DNA of 64,000 nucleotides from an uncultured Bacilli bacterium (GCA_934167465.1 CAKPKR010000006.1:3299-67298), one strand, 5' to 3'. Shown: positions 19,021-29,739, counted from the stretch's first letter. The notes: a model not told the origin generated them from the letters alone. Numbers and translations: made by a program.

Positions 19021-19155
19021 TTATTCTGTTACTATTTGAATATTTTCACTTGATTCAAAATTTTGATTATTATCAGTCATTCCTCCTATATAAGTTAATC
19101 CAAATACAATTATTACGAATAAAATCATTGTTTTGCTTTTAAATATTTCTAACAT
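19021..19155 (-). CDS. 44-aa single-pass membrane peptide, candidate SOS-induced division inhibitor
   Basis: MLEIFKSKTMILFVIIVFGLTYIGGMTDNNQNFESSENIQIVTE. GGAG RBS. Divergent from lexA. A LexA box lies in its promoter spacer. Below the ORF-track size cutoff. Confidence 0.5.
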   Translation of the reverse strand: MLEIFKSKTMILFVIIVFGLTYIGGMTDNNQNFESSENIQIVTE

Positions 19156-19187
19156 ACTATCACTCCTTCGTTGATATAATCTTATCA

Positions 19188-19201
19188 CGAATATTTGTTC
19201 G
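19188..19201. promoter_or_regulatory. LexA (Cheo) box CGAATATTTGTTCG
   Basis: Matches CGAAC-N4-GTTCG with one deviation. Lies between TTGACA and TAAGAT of the small-gene promoter. Confidence 0.75.
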
Positions 19202-19216
19202 TGTCAATATAAATTA

Positions 19217-19230
19217 CGAACAAAAGTTTG
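19217..19230. promoter_or_regulatory. second, weaker LexA box CGAACAAAAGTTTG overlapping the lexA -35
   Basis: GAAC-N4-GTTT. The lexA promoter TTGACA(19228-19233)-17-TAAAAT(19251-19256) is readable. Confidence 0.55.
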
Positions 19231-19286
19231 ACAAAATGTAAAGTATGTGCTAAAATGTAAATGTATTAAAAAAGGAGGTTATTTTT

Positions 19287-19904
19287 TTGAAAGAATTAAC
19301 TAAAAAACAAAAACAAATATTAGATTTTATTAAAACTTATATGGTTTCCCACGGATATCCACCAACTATTAGAGAAATAGGTACAGCTGTTGGTTCATCA
19401 AGTCCTGCTACTATTCACGCCCATTTAGCTAATCTAGAAGAAAAAGGATATATTAAAAAACAAAATAGTAAAAATAGAGCTCTTGAATTATTAGTCGAAA
19501 ATGAATTTGAACAAAAGAACGAAAATGTTGTCGATGTTCCATTGCTTGGTAAAATAACTGCCGGAAGTCCAATTGAAGCTATCGAAAATCCAAACGAATT
19601 TTTTTCATTACCAGCTTTCTTAATTCCTAAAAACAAAGAAGTATTTACCTTAAATGTAAGTGGATGTAGTATGATTAATGCTGGAATATTTGATGGTGAT
19701 ATTGTTATTGTTGAAAAAAGAAATACAGCTAGAAACGGTGAAATTGTTGTAGCAATGACTGATGAAAATGAAGTTACTTTAAAAAGATTTTATAAAGAAA
19801 ATGGTCACTTTAGATTACAACCAGAAAACGATACAATGGATCCAATTATTTTACCTAACGTTACAATCTTAGGTATTGCTATCGGATTATATAGAAAAAT
19901 ATAA
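19287..19904 (+). CDS. lexA: LexA repressor
   Basis: TTG start behind a GGAGG RBS. Winged HTH N-terminus, cleavage-site and catalytic Ser (GCSM) and Lys (TLKRF) regions. Confidence 0.95.
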   Translation: MKELTKKQKQILDFIKTYMVSHGYPPTIREIGTAVGSSSPATIHAHLANLEEKGYIKKQNSKNRALELLVENEFEQKNENVVDVPLLGKITAGSPIEAIENPNEFFSLPAFLIPKNKEVFTLNVSGCSMINAGIFDGDIVIVEKRNTARNGEIVVAMTDENEVTLKRFYKENGHFRLQPENDTMDPIILPNVTILGIAIGLYRKI

Positions 19905-19926
19905 AAACAACTTTTTAAAGTTGTTT

Positions 19927-20613
19927 TTAGTAATTATTTTTTAATTTTTGATACCAATCTTTTACTTTTGTTTTAGTCTTATCGTATGTATCTTTAGCTG
20001 CATCTTTTGTTTTATCAATTACTTCTTTATCTCTTTCCATTATTTCTGAAGCTGATTCTTTAAAATTATTATAAGTTTCATCACTCATATTTTCTTTTAA
20101 TTTATCATCCGTTTTTTGTGATATTTCATCATATTTTTGTTTTAAATATTCTTTCGCACTATTATATTTTTCATCAATTTTATCTTTATAATTTGGAAAT
20201 TTATTTTCTATTTTAGTATCTACTGTATAGTAAATTTCTAAAATATTATTTTTTGTTTCTTCTTTTAAATAATTAAATTTTATACCTTTAATCTCCCCAT
20301 CATAAAATATGAAGTCAGTCATTGTTATAAATTTTTTTATTACTTCTTCCTTTACTTCTTCAGTATCTATATTATTTTTAATATCATTAAAATAATTCAA
20401 TACCTCTTTATCTCTATCGGTTATTATTTCTGGTGTTTGTTTACTTTCTTTATTTGACACTGAAGAAATTTGAGCTTTTTCTTCATTTTTTGTTTCTGTT
20501 TTAGGTGTTTCTTGTTTTATTTGTTCTCTAGGTTCAATTTTATTACTACAACCAGTTATTAAAATAAATCCTGACAACACAATAATAAATATTTTTTTAT
20601 TTACATTTTTCAT
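19927..20613 (-). CDS. lipoprotein, Lys/Glu-rich
   Basis: MKNVNKKIFIIVLSGFILITGCSN lipobox. GGAG RBS precedes ATG 20613. Confidence 0.75.
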   Translation of the reverse strand: MKNVNKKIFIIVLSGFILITGCSNKIEPREQIKQETPKTETKNEEKAQISSVSNKESKQTPEIITDRDKEVLNYFNDIKNNIDTEEVKEEVIKKFITMTDFIFYDGEIKGIKFNYLKEETKNNILEIYYTVDTKIENKFPNYKDKIDEKYNSAKEYLKQKYDEISQKTDDKLKENMSDETYNNFKESASEIMERDKEVIDKTKDAAKDTYDKTKTKVKDWYQKLKNNY

Positions 20614-21211
20614 ATTTTTCACGCTCCATTTTTGAAAAAACACAACCACAATAATTTTGTCTATATAAATTATATTCTTTAGATAATTCTATGCTTCTTT
20701 TATAGCCATTTTTCTTTTTAAAATCCGAAGGTAAATATTTTATTTTATATTTTTCTTCCAATAAGTAACCTATTTCATTTATTTTTTTACTATTTTTATA
20801 TGGACTTACTGTTAATGTTGTAGCAAAATAATCATATTTTAAATCACTTGCTTTTTTTGCTGTGCTATCCATTCTAAGTAAATAACATTTACTACATCTG
20901 GAACCTCCTTCTGGTTCATTTTCTAATCCTTTTATTACATTTAAAAAATCGTCATAATTATAATCTGAATCAATTATATTAAGCTTATTTTTAGTTTTAA
21001 ATTCATTTATGAATTTTATTTGTTCTTTTTTTCTTTTTTCATATTCTTCGACTGGTGATATATTAGGATTATAGTAATAAATTGTTATATTGAAATAATT
21101 TGAAAGATATTCAATACAATAACTACTACAAGGTGCACAACAACTATGCAATAATAAATTAGGCGTATAGTCTAAATTTCCAATTATTTTATCTAATTCT
21201 TCTTGATACAT
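20597..21211 (-). CDS. queH: epoxyqueuosine reductase QueH (DUF208)
   Basis: LLLHSCCAPCSSY, GGSRCSKCY, YCGC cysteine motifs. Confidence 0.85.
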   Translation of the reverse strand: MYQEELDKIIGNLDYTPNLLLHSCCAPCSSYCIEYLSNYFNITIYYYNPNISPVEEYEKRKKEQIKFINEFKTKNKLNIIDSDYNYDDFLNVIKGLENEPEGGSRCSKCYLLRMDSTAKKASDLKYDYFATTLTVSPYKNSKKINEIGYLLEEKYKIKYLPSDFKKKNGYKRSIELSKEYNLYRQNYCGCVFSKMEREKYEKCK

Positions 21212-21271
21212 AATATCACCTCTTTACGCAAATATTATATAACGAAAAAAGATTTAAATCAATTAAATCTT

Positions 21272-22465
21272 TTAAAAGTTAAACATTAATATGTTTGGTG
21301 CGAATATCATTAATAATCCAATTATTAACATTAATATTCCACCAATTAAATGAGAATATTTACTATACTTATTAGATATTCCTTTTATATTAAGAGTAAA
21401 CATTGCAATACTAAATACAATTATATCATCTATTAGGAAGAAGAATATATAAATTAATATATATATAAAACTTTGAATTCCACTTAAATTATTTATTTTC
21501 AATATATTAGTAAATATTATTGGCCATCCTGCTGAACAAGCAAATTCAATAAAATTAACTGAAATTGCTAAACCCATTACTCCTAATAGCGCTAGAATAA
21601 AACTTTTTTCGGATGTGAATTTTTTAATTTTATTAATTATTTTCTTTCTTGAATCATTATTTACAACTTCACAACCTGTTTCTTTTTTGGTTGATTTATA
21701 ATAACTATATAGATTCCAAATAGCGGCTACAATTGCGACTATTCCTATTAAATATTGCATATATGATTCGTTAATTAATTTTTTTAAAATTTCTAGCCAT
21801 GACAACATTATTCCCATATATACAAGAGCAGATGTTGTTAAAAATGCTACTCCTAATGTAATCATTCTTTTTTTATTATTCATTCCTATTAACATACTTA
21901 TTAAGAATATTAATATCCACATTGCACAAGGATTAAAACCATCAACAAATCCTATTATCATTGCAATTAATGGCAAAGATACTTTTTTAGTATCAACTTC
22001 ACCTAGTAATGGAATTGTAACATTATTATATTGTTCTTGTTCTGTTTCTTTAATTTCTTCTTTAGTTTTATTTAAATCAATACTTGTTCCTGATTCTTTT
22101 ACTTGAGAAACAACATCAATATAGTCTTCTTTTTTATATTTTTCTATGAAATGTAGTATTTGTGATTTAATATTATCACTATATCCAGTAAGACCAATAT
22201 CTCCTATTACTGTGTATGGAACATAGTTATTTGTACAATTTAAACTTTGTTTTACTAAATCTAATAAATCACTATTTTCTTTATTAGAAGATACTTCATA
22301 CATTTCTATTTTTACTTCATCATCATTTATTGTATTTAAAAATTCTTTTTCAGCTTTACAGTGTGGACAAGAACTACTATAAAATAAGTTTATTGTTACT
22401 TCTTTAGCATTTACACCTATTATAAATAAAAAGAAAATTAAAATAGCATATAATGTTTTTTTCAT
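21272..22465 (-). CDS. fusion of exported thioredoxin-fold domain (CPHC) and CcdA/DsbD-like membrane domain
   Basis: Signal peptide, SSSCPHCKAEKEFL, then 6 TM helices with a GFNPCAMW motif. Confidence 0.65.
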   Translation of the reverse strand: MKKTLYAILIFFLFIIGVNAKEVTINLFYSSSCPHCKAEKEFLNTINDDEVKIEMYEVSSNKENSDLLDLVKQSLNCTNNYVPYTVIGDIGLTGYSDNIKSQILHFIEKYKKEDYIDVVSQVKESGTSIDLNKTKEEIKETEQEQYNNVTIPLLGEVDTKKVSLPLIAMIIGFVDGFNPCAMWILIFLISMLIGMNNKKRMITLGVAFLTTSALVYMGIMLSWLEILKKLINESYMQYLIGIVAIVAAIWNLYSYYKSTKKETGCEVVNNDSRKKIINKIKKFTSEKSFILALLGVMGLAISVNFIEFACSAGWPIIFTNILKINNLSGIQSFIYILIYIFFFLIDDIIVFSIAMFTLNIKGISNKYSKYSHLIGGILMLIIGLLMIFAPNILMFNF

Positions 22466-22713
22466 TCTACTTCACCTATTATTTCTAATATTTGTTTTTT
22501 ATTTTTTTCACCTATTATTCTTGTTATTTCTTTATTATCTTTAAATACAATTATAATTGGTAATATATTTCCTACATTAAATTCTTTTACTTTTTCCTCA
22601 TCAAAATCATAATCATACTCTTCATATTCATAGTTTGTTTTAATTTCATCCCAATCTTTTTTAGTTATTATACAACTAACACACCAAGAAGCACTTATTC
22701 TAATTAATTTCAT
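22462..22713 (-). CDS. small thioredoxin-family protein
   Basis: SASWCVSCI CxxC motif, 83 aa. Overlaps both neighbours. Confidence 0.7.
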   Translation of the reverse strand: MKLIRISASWCVSCIITKKDWDEIKTNYEYEEYDYDFDEEKVKEFNVGNILPIIIVFKDNKEITRIIGEKNKKQILEIIGEVE

Positions 22714-23824
22714 TTAATTCCTTATAACATTTATCAAATGCGTCTAAAAATTTATCTACTTCTTCGTTAGTTGTTAATCCTGATAAACTAATTCTGATAC
22801 TATGTTTAGCTTGAAGTTCATTTTTAGTAACTTCATAGACTGATCTACTAATTGGGTTGTTTGATGAACAAGCTGATTGTGTAGATATGTATATATCATA
22901 ATTTTCTAAGGCGTGTTGCATTGTTTCTGGTTTGATATTAAGAACACTTATATTTAAAATATGAGGTATTGAATAGATATTGCTATTAATTTTAACATCA
23001 TCATATTTACTTATTTTTTCTACTATTTTTTTGTTTAATTCTTTTGTTTTAATTAAATTATTTTCTAATTCTTCATCAATTAATCTTAAAGCTTTTGATA
23101 AAGAGACAATTAAAGGTAACGCAGGTGTACCACTACGATATTTAGTTGTACTCTTTCCACCGTGAATTAGTGGTTCAATTAAAATATCTTTTTTCTTAAT
23201 TAAAACACCTATTCCTTTTGGTCCATAAAATTTATGGGCTGTAAAACTTACTAAATCAACATTACTATAATCTATTTTCACTTTTCCAACTGCTTGAGTT
23301 GCATCAACATGAAAATAACAGTTATAATTTTTTAATATATTAGCTAACTCTTCAATATTTTGTTTTACACCTGTTTCTGAATTAACTGCTCCTACTGTTA
23401 CTAATATTGTGTCATCTCTAAGTAATGATTTTAAGTCTTGAATATCAATTAACCCATATTCATTTGTTTTTACAAAATCAACTTCAAATCCTAGATTTTG
23501 TAAATAACCAATTGGACCATAAATAGATGAATGTTCTAAATTAGTTGTAATTATATGTTTTCCTTTTTTTTGGTTTCTTAAAGCTATTCCTTTGATTGCT
23601 AAATTATTTGATTCACTAGCGCAACTTGTATATATAATTTCTTCATCAGTTAAATTCATTATTTTTTTTATTTGATTTGTTGCTTCTGTTTCTAATTTTT
23701 TTGCTTCTACGCCTAATTTATGTAATGAGTTAGGGTTACCTATAAAATTATTTGTTACTTTATTATAAGTATCTAATACTCTACTATCTACAGGAGTAGT
23801 TGCTGAATAATCTAAATATATCAT
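22700..23824 (-). CDS. cysteine desulfurase (NifS/IscS family)
   Basis: PLP-lysine region SFTAHKFYGPKGIG. Class V aminotransferase layout. Confidence 0.9.
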   Translation of the reverse strand: MIYLDYSATTPVDSRVLDTYNKVTNNFIGNPNSLHKLGVEAKKLETEATNQIKKIMNLTDEEIIYTSCASESNNLAIKGIALRNQKKGKHIITTNLEHSSIYGPIGYLQNLGFEVDFVKTNEYGLIDIQDLKSLLRDDTILVTVGAVNSETGVKQNIEELANILKNYNCYFHVDATQAVGKVKIDYSNVDLVSFTAHKFYGPKGIGVLIKKKDILIEPLIHGGKSTTKYRSGTPALPLIVSLSKALRLIDEELENNLIKTKELNKKIVEKISKYDDVKINSNIYSIPHILNISVLNIKPETMQHALENYDIYISTQSACSSNNPISRSVYEVTKNELQAKHSIRISLSGLTTNEEVDKFLDAFDKCYKELNEIN

Positions 23825-23873
23825 AACATCACCTTTTTCATTATATCATTTAATTGTGAAAAAAAAAAGAAAT

Positions 23874-24728
23874 CTAATTAAATATCTTCCACGGTTTGAT
23901 TTTATTCATATCTTTTTCATACTTTTTATATATTCCGATTACTTGTTGATTTTTATTTATAAATACTATTATATCTTCATCGTATCTATTTTCTAGTAAA
24001 CAACCATTTTTAATTTTGTTTTCAATGTATTCATTTACTTCAATTTGTAGGTATTCTTTTAAGACCTCTTGCATTTCTAGTAATTTATATTTTTTATTTT
24101 TTATTTGTTCTAATGTGTATGAATCTTCAATTTTAAATTCACCTTGTTTTGTTCTTTTTAGGCTAGACATTGTTCCAATTATATTTAGTTCATTACATAT
24201 ATCGTTTATTAAACTTCTAATATATGTTCCCTTACTTACAAGACATCTGAAAGTAAATTTATTTCCGGCATATTTTAATAATTCTATTTCTTTTATTTCA
24301 ACTTCTTTTTTAGGTAATTTTACTTCTTCTTTATTTCTTGCATATTCATATAATTTTCTTCCATTTACTTTTACAGCAGAATATATCGGAACTTCTTGAA
24401 GATATGTTTTTTTAAATGATTTTATTGTTTGTTCTAATTTAGATTTATCTAATTTTATTTCTTTTGTTTCTAAAATATTACCTGTTATATCTAAGGTATC
24501 TGTTTTTATTCCAAGTGTTACTTCAGCTATATATTCTTTATAAGTAGAGACTAAAAGTTCTGATATTTTAGTAGATCCACCTATTGTTACAACTAATACT
24601 CCTGTTGCAATAGGATCTAATGTACCTGTATGACCTACTTTTTTAGTTTTAAATTCTTTAGAAATTATATTGACAACATCTCTACTTGTATAGTCTTTTT
24701 CTTTATTTACTACTAATATTCCATTCAT
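23874..24728 (-). CDS. truB: tRNA pseudouridine(55) synthase
   Basis: GILVVNKEKDYTS.DVV, GHTGTLDP motif. Confidence 0.95.
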   Translation of the reverse strand: MNGILVVNKEKDYTSRDVVNIISKEFKTKKVGHTGTLDPIATGVLVVTIGGSTKISELLVSTYKEYIAEVTLGIKTDTLDITGNILETKEIKLDKSKLEQTIKSFKKTYLQEVPIYSAVKVNGRKLYEYARNKEEVKLPKKEVEIKEIELLKYAGNKFTFRCLVSKGTYIRSLINDICNELNIIGTMSSLKRTKQGEFKIEDSYTLEQIKNKKYKLLEMQEVLKEYLQIEVNEYIENKIKNGCLLENRYDEDIIVFINKNQQVIGIYKKYEKDMNKIKPWKIFN

Positions 24729-24735
24729 ATATCAC

Positions 24736-26007
24736 CTAAAGTTTATAGTCAAATTCAAAGTCTAAGATTCTTACATTGTCGCCATCTTCAGCTCCTAATT
24801 CTCTTAATTTATCATCTATTCCCATTTTTCTTAGTTTCATTGCAAATCTATTAGCTGCTTCTTCTGTTGTAAATCTAGTCATTTTAAGTAATTTTTCTAC
24901 TTCTTTTCCTTTTATAACCCAAGTATTATTGTCCTTAGTTATTGTAAATGGTTGTTCTTTTTTAAATTTATATAAGATATGGCTTTCAAATTTCTCTTCT
25001 TCATATAATGGTTGTTTTTCTATTTTATCTAACATATTTGATAATTCTACCAACACTTCTTTTATTCCTTCATTATTCATTGCTGATATAGGATATACTT
25101 TTGTTTTAACTTTTTCTTCAAATTTTTTCAAATTTTCTTTTGCACTTTCCATATCCATTTTATTAGCAATTATTATTTGTGGTTTTTCTAGTATTTTTTT
25201 ATTAAAGTTTTCTAACTCTTTATTTATTATTACATAATCTTCATAAGGGTCTCTACCTTCATAGCCACTCATATCGATAACGTGAGCTATAACTCTAGTT
25301 CTTTCTATATGTTTTAAGAATTTATCTCCTAGTCCTTCTCCTAATGAAGCTCCTTCGATTAATCCTGGTAAATCAGCTACGACAAATGATTTGTTTTCAT
25401 TTACTCTTACCACTCCTAAATTAGGATTCAAAGTTGTAAAATGATAAGCAGCTATTTTAGGTTTAGATGCAGAAATTTTAGATATTAATGTTGATTTACC
25501 AACGCTTGGCATTCCAACTAAACCAACATCGGCTAATAATTTTAACTCAACTTTTACTCTTTTTTCTTCACCTGGTTCACCATTTTCAGCAAATGCAGGA
25601 GCTGGATTTGAACGTGTTGCGAAAGCCATATTTCCTCTTCCACCACGACCTCCATATGCTACTACAACCTCATCATCTTTTTTTGTTAAGTCAGCAATTA
25701 TTAAATTTGTGTCTAAGTCAGTTATTACGGTTCCAAGTGGTACTCTAACAATAACATCTTCGGCATTTTTTCCATGTTTAGCTTTGCCTTCTCCGTTAGC
25801 GCCCTTATTTCCTTTTATTGCTTTTTGGTATCTTAAATCTATTAGAGTATTTAGTCCTTCATCTACTTTAAAGATAATGTCAGATCCTTTTCCTCCATTG
25901 CCACCATATGGACCTCCCATCGGAATGTATTTTTCTCTCCTGAATGCCATACATCCATTACCACCAGTACCAGCTATTAAATCTATTATTACTTCATCTA
26001 TAAACAT
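24736..26007 (-). CDS. obg: GTPase Obg
   Basis: MFIDEV.., Gly-rich Obg fold, GMPSVGKST P-loop, C-terminal OCT domain. Confidence 0.95.
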   Translation of the reverse strand: MFIDEVIIDLIAGTGGNGCMAFRREKYIPMGGPYGGNGGKGSDIIFKVDEGLNTLIDLRYQKAIKGNKGANGEGKAKHGKNAEDVIVRVPLGTVITDLDTNLIIADLTKKDDEVVVAYGGRGGRGNMAFATRSNPAPAFAENGEPGEEKRVKVELKLLADVGLVGMPSVGKSTLISKISASKPKIAAYHFTTLNPNLGVVRVNENKSFVVADLPGLIEGASLGEGLGDKFLKHIERTRVIAHVIDMSGYEGRDPYEDYVIINKELENFNKKILEKPQIIIANKMDMESAKENLKKFEEKVKTKVYPISAMNNEGIKEVLVELSNMLDKIEKQPLYEEEKFESHILYKFKKEQPFTITKDNNTWVIKGKEVEKLLKMTRFTTEEAANRFAMKLRKMGIDDKLRELGAEDGDNVRILDFEFDYKL

Positions 26008-26173
26008 AGTATCACCTTTTTTCTATGTTTATTATACACGATTTTTATTTTAAATGATATAGTTTAATTATATTTTTATTTATTACTTCATTTATTTTTT
26101 TTAAATTTATAGCAAGAAAAAAGTCCATCAGTAAGACAGACTAAATTCTTCATTTTAATATCATTTTTTTAGT

Positions 26174-26995
26174 TCATTTAAAAACTTTTTTTAACTCAAT
26201 AGGTAAATCTACCTTAAAATTCATTATTCCTTTATTTTTGGGATTTATTAATTCTAATTCATAAGCATGAAGTCCTAAACGATTAAAATTGTTATTACCA
26301 TATTTTTTATCACCAATAATTGGATGATTTATATCTTTCATATGAACTCTTATTTGATTTTTTCGACCAGTTAATATATTGATATCTAATAAAGTATATT
26401 TTTCATTACTTTTAATTACTTTATATTCTGTTTTAGCAAATTTACCATTTTTATCTTTAGTACTATAAACATTATAATTTTTATCTTCTTTTAAATAAGA
26501 TTCCACTACTCCAGATTTTTTTACAATTCCATCAACAATAGCATAATACTTTCTTTTTTTAACAATTTCATTCCAATTATCTTGATACATATTTTTAATT
26601 TTTTCATTCTTAGCAAACATCACAATTCCAGAGGTATCTTTATCTAATCTATGAATAACAAAAATACGATTCTTTTTATTATTTTTTTTAACATAATCAC
26701 TAACTAAATGATATAAAGTTTTTTCTTTTTCATTTTTAGTACTTATTGTAAGTAATCCGTTTGGCTTTTCTACAACTAATATATCATTATCTTCATATAT
26801 TATTTTTAAATCACTATTTTTATTTATAAATATTTCATCATTATTTTTTAGTAAATAATTATATTTGGTTATTACTTTGTTATTTACATAAATTGATTTA
26901 TTAGTAAGCATTGCCTTAGCTTTTTTTCTTTCTATTTTTAAATTTTCTATTAAATATAAAAGTAATTCTTTTTGACTTTCAACATTATATTTCAT
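26174..26995 (-). CDS. RluA-family pseudouridine synthase
   Basis: HRLDKDTSG catalytic motif with an S4-like N-terminus. AAGGAG RBS precedes ATG 26995. Confidence 0.85.
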   Translation of the reverse strand: MKYNVESQKELLLYLIENLKIERKKAKAMLTNKSIYVNNKVITKYNYLLKNNDEIFINKNSDLKIIYEDNDILVVEKPNGLLTISTKNEKEKTLYHLVSDYVKKNNKKNRIFVIHRLDKDTSGIVMFAKNEKIKNMYQDNWNEIVKKRKYYAIVDGIVKKSGVVESYLKEDKNYNVYSTKDKNGKFAKTEYKVIKSNEKYTLLDINILTGRKNQIRVHMKDINHPIIGDKKYGNNNFNRLGLHAYELELINPKNKGIMNFKVDLPIELKKVFK

Positions 26996-26996
26996 A

Positions 26997-27704
26997 TTAC
27001 AACTCCTTAAATACATTACCAAGTTTATCGTGAATAACTATATCTGCTATATTATCATAATTAGTTTTATCTTTATTAATTAAAATTAAATATTTACCTC
27101 TAAAATAATTTATTAAGTTAGCTGCTGGATAAACCATTAGGGAGGTACCACCAACAATTAAAACATCACATTTACTAATATATTCTATTGCTTCATCATA
27201 TGTTTCATTTAATGGTTCTTCATATAAAACAACGTCTGGCTTAATAAAACCACCACACTCACATAACGGAATATTATCATCATTAAATACACTTTCAGCA
27301 CTATAAAACTTATGGCATTTGTCACAATAATTACGATAAATAGACCCGTGTATTTCTAAAACATTTTTACTACCAGCTTTAATATGTAATCCATCAATGT
27401 TTTGGGTAATAATGCATTTTAGTTTATTTTTCTTTTCTAACTCTACTAATTTTTTATGTGTAATATTAGGTTTTACATTAAGAGAATTCATTTTTTCTTT
27501 ATAAAACTTATAAAAATATTTAGGATTATCGTAAAAAAATGTATGACTAAGTATTTGTTCAGGGGGATAAGCATATTTTTCATTATATAAACCATCAACA
27601 CTTCTAAAATCAGGAATACCACTTTCAGTTGATACTCCAGCACCACCAAAGAAAACTATATTATCATTTTCATCAATAATTTTTTTTAATTTATCTATTT
27701 CCAT
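26997..27704 (-). CDS. cobB: NAD-dependent protein deacylase (Sir2/CobB)
   Basis: GAGVSTESGIPDFRS, QNIDGLH, Zn-ribbon CxxC...CxC. Confidence 0.9.
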   Translation of the reverse strand: MEIDKLKKIIDENDNIVFFGGAGVSTESGIPDFRSVDGLYNEKYAYPPEQILSHTFFYDNPKYFYKFYKEKMNSLNVKPNITHKKLVELEKKNKLKCIITQNIDGLHIKAGSKNVLEIHGSIYRNYCDKCHKFYSAESVFNDDNIPLCECGGFIKPDVVLYEEPLNETYDEAIEYISKCDVLIVGGTSLMVYPAANLINYFRGKYLILINKDKTNYDNIADIVIHDKLGNVFKEL

Positions 27705-27781
27705 AAAAATAACCTCTTAATTATTATACCATATATTAGCCCATTCAAATATTAATTACACGAATATATTAACATAACGAG

Positions 27782-28579
27782 GTGATTATTACGATAAATT
27801 GGTTTATTAATTTGAATCCTTCAATTCAAGCTTTAATTGCAACTCTATTTACTTGGAGTGTAACAATGTTAGGAGCAAGTATTGTTTTGTTTTTCAAAAA
27901 AATAAATAAAAATATTATGGATGCTATGTTAGGATTTGCTGGTGGAGTTATGATAGCTGCTTCATTTTGGTCATTATTATCTCCTTCTATCGATATGGCA
28001 GAAAATTTAAATATGATTCCTTGGTTAGTTGCTTTTGTAGGTTTTTTTGCAGGTGGAGTTTTATTATTTATTGGAGATAAAATATTTGATGTTTGTAGTA
28101 AACAAAGTAATAATAAATATAAAAGAATTACTATGCTTATTTCTTCTATTACTTTACATAATATTCCAGAAGGATTAGTTGTAGGTGTTGCATTTGGATC
28201 AATTGCTTATGGATTAGAAGGCAGTACAATATTATCGGCTTGTTTATTAGCTTTAGGAATTGGACTTCAAAATTTTCCAGAAGGAACAGCAGTTTCGGTT
28301 CCACTTAGAAGAGAGGGAATGTCCAGAACCAAATCTTTTATAATTGGTAGTTTGAGTGGTATTGTTGAACCTATTTCAGGAGTTATAGGGGCAATATTAG
28401 TTACAAAAATAAGAACAATTTTACCTTTTTTACTTGCTTTTGCAGCTGGAGCAATGATATATGTTGTTGTTGAAGAAATAGTTCCTGAAAGTCAAACTAA
28501 TAAAAGAAAGGATTTAATGGCTTTATTTACTCTAATTGGTTTTTCAATTATGATGATTTTAGATGTAGCTTTAGGATAA
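27782..28579 (+). CDS. ZIP-family metal transporter
   Basis: GTG start. Multi-TM protein with HNIPEGL and QNFPEG motifs. Confidence 0.88.
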   Translation: MIITINWFINLNPSIQALIATLFTWSVTMLGASIVLFFKKINKNIMDAMLGFAGGVMIAASFWSLLSPSIDMAENLNMIPWLVAFVGFFAGGVLLFIGDKIFDVCSKQSNNKYKRITMLISSITLHNIPEGLVVGVAFGSIAYGLEGSTILSACLLALGIGLQNFPEGTAVSVPLRREGMSRTKSFIIGSLSGIVEPISGVIGAILVTKIRTILPFLLAFAAGAMIYVVVEEIVPESQTNKRKDLMALFTLIGFSIMMILDVALG

Positions 28580-28585
28580 CAAACT

Positions 28586-29092
28586 TTATGTTTGTTTTTT
28601 TATTTCCGCTGGTATTCCTACTACTGTTGAGTTTTTAGGAACATTTTTTAATACTACAGCGTTAGCGCCTACTTTAGAATTTTCACCAATTACAATGTTA
28701 CCTAATATTTTAGCTCCACTTCCAATATAAACATTATTCTCGATTGTTGGATGTCTTTTTCCTTTTTCTTTTCCTGTTCCACCTAAGGTAACACCTTGAT
28801 ACATTGTAACATTATCACCAATTATAGTTGTTTCTCCTATTACAACTCCATTACCGTGATCAATAAATAAATTTTTACCTATGGTAGCACCTGGATGAAT
28901 TTCTATACCGGTTTTTCTTTTCATTTTTTCTGAAATTAGTCTAGCTATAAAATAATGTTTTCTTGTATAAAAATAATGTGATATTTTATAGCCTATTATA
29001 GCTTTAAATGAAGGATATAAAATAGCTTCTAAATTACTATGAATAGCAGGATCATTTTTTTTAATATTTTCTATTTGTTCTTTAATAAACAT
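28586..29092 (-). CDS. cysE: serine O-acetyltransferase
   Basis: Hexapeptide repeats with [23 protein letters not shown] precedes ATG 29092. Confidence 0.9.
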   Translation of the reverse strand: MFIKEQIENIKKNDPAIHSNLEAILYPSFKAIIGYKISHYFYTRKHYFIARLISEKMKRKTGIEIHPGATIGKNLFIDHGNGVVIGETTIIGDNVTMYQGVTLGGTGKEKGKRHPTIENNVYIGSGAKILGNIVIGENSKVGANAVVLKNVPKNSTVVGIPAEIKKQT

Positions 29093-29149
29093 AATATCAC
29101 CTACCATATTATATTTGAATAAAAAAAACGCGTGTAATTCAAACGTGTC

Positions 29150-29716
29150 TTAATTAATTCCAATAATATAGTAAAAATATGGTGCATTTCCTGATGCAGA
29201 AAATGTAATACTATTACTACCTTTTGGAAGATTTAGTCGATATCCAATACCATAAGTAAATGAACCATAATCATTACCACTATTAAATATAGAATTTTTA
29301 AGTGGTACCCACGAATTTGTTTGCTTGATATATCCATTCTTATCACTAGAAAAGGCTAATGCAACTTTATATGATTTTGAAGTAGTAAAATTAAAAGTAT
29401 AATCACCAACCCAATTATTACCTGATACAATAATAGCAACCTCAGATATATTTGCACTTGCACTTACACCTATTATAAGTTATCCTTTTACTACTGCTGT
29501 TTTTCCATTCAATATATCATTTGCAGTTGCATCGCCTGAACTTTTTATTTTATAAATATCATTTAAAACTTCATTTACAGTCATACTTGTTCCATCACTT
29601 ACATTATATACAACATCACTTGCTTTATATGTGACCGCTGCATATAACGTTCCACTTATACATATAATCATTGTAATTATTACTAAAAATATTCTGCTTT
29701 TCATTATTTTTTTCAT
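29150..29716 (-). pseudogene. decayed member of the conserved-N-terminus secreted protein family (in-frame TAA at 29480-29482)
   Basis: The 78-aa ORF continues in the same frame for about 110 further codons after one TAA, down to the stop at 29150-29152. The N-terminus is paralogous to 46710..47534 and 60274..60897. Confidence 0.7.
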
Positions 29717-29739
29717 TTAAATTCCTACTTTCCAATGCT

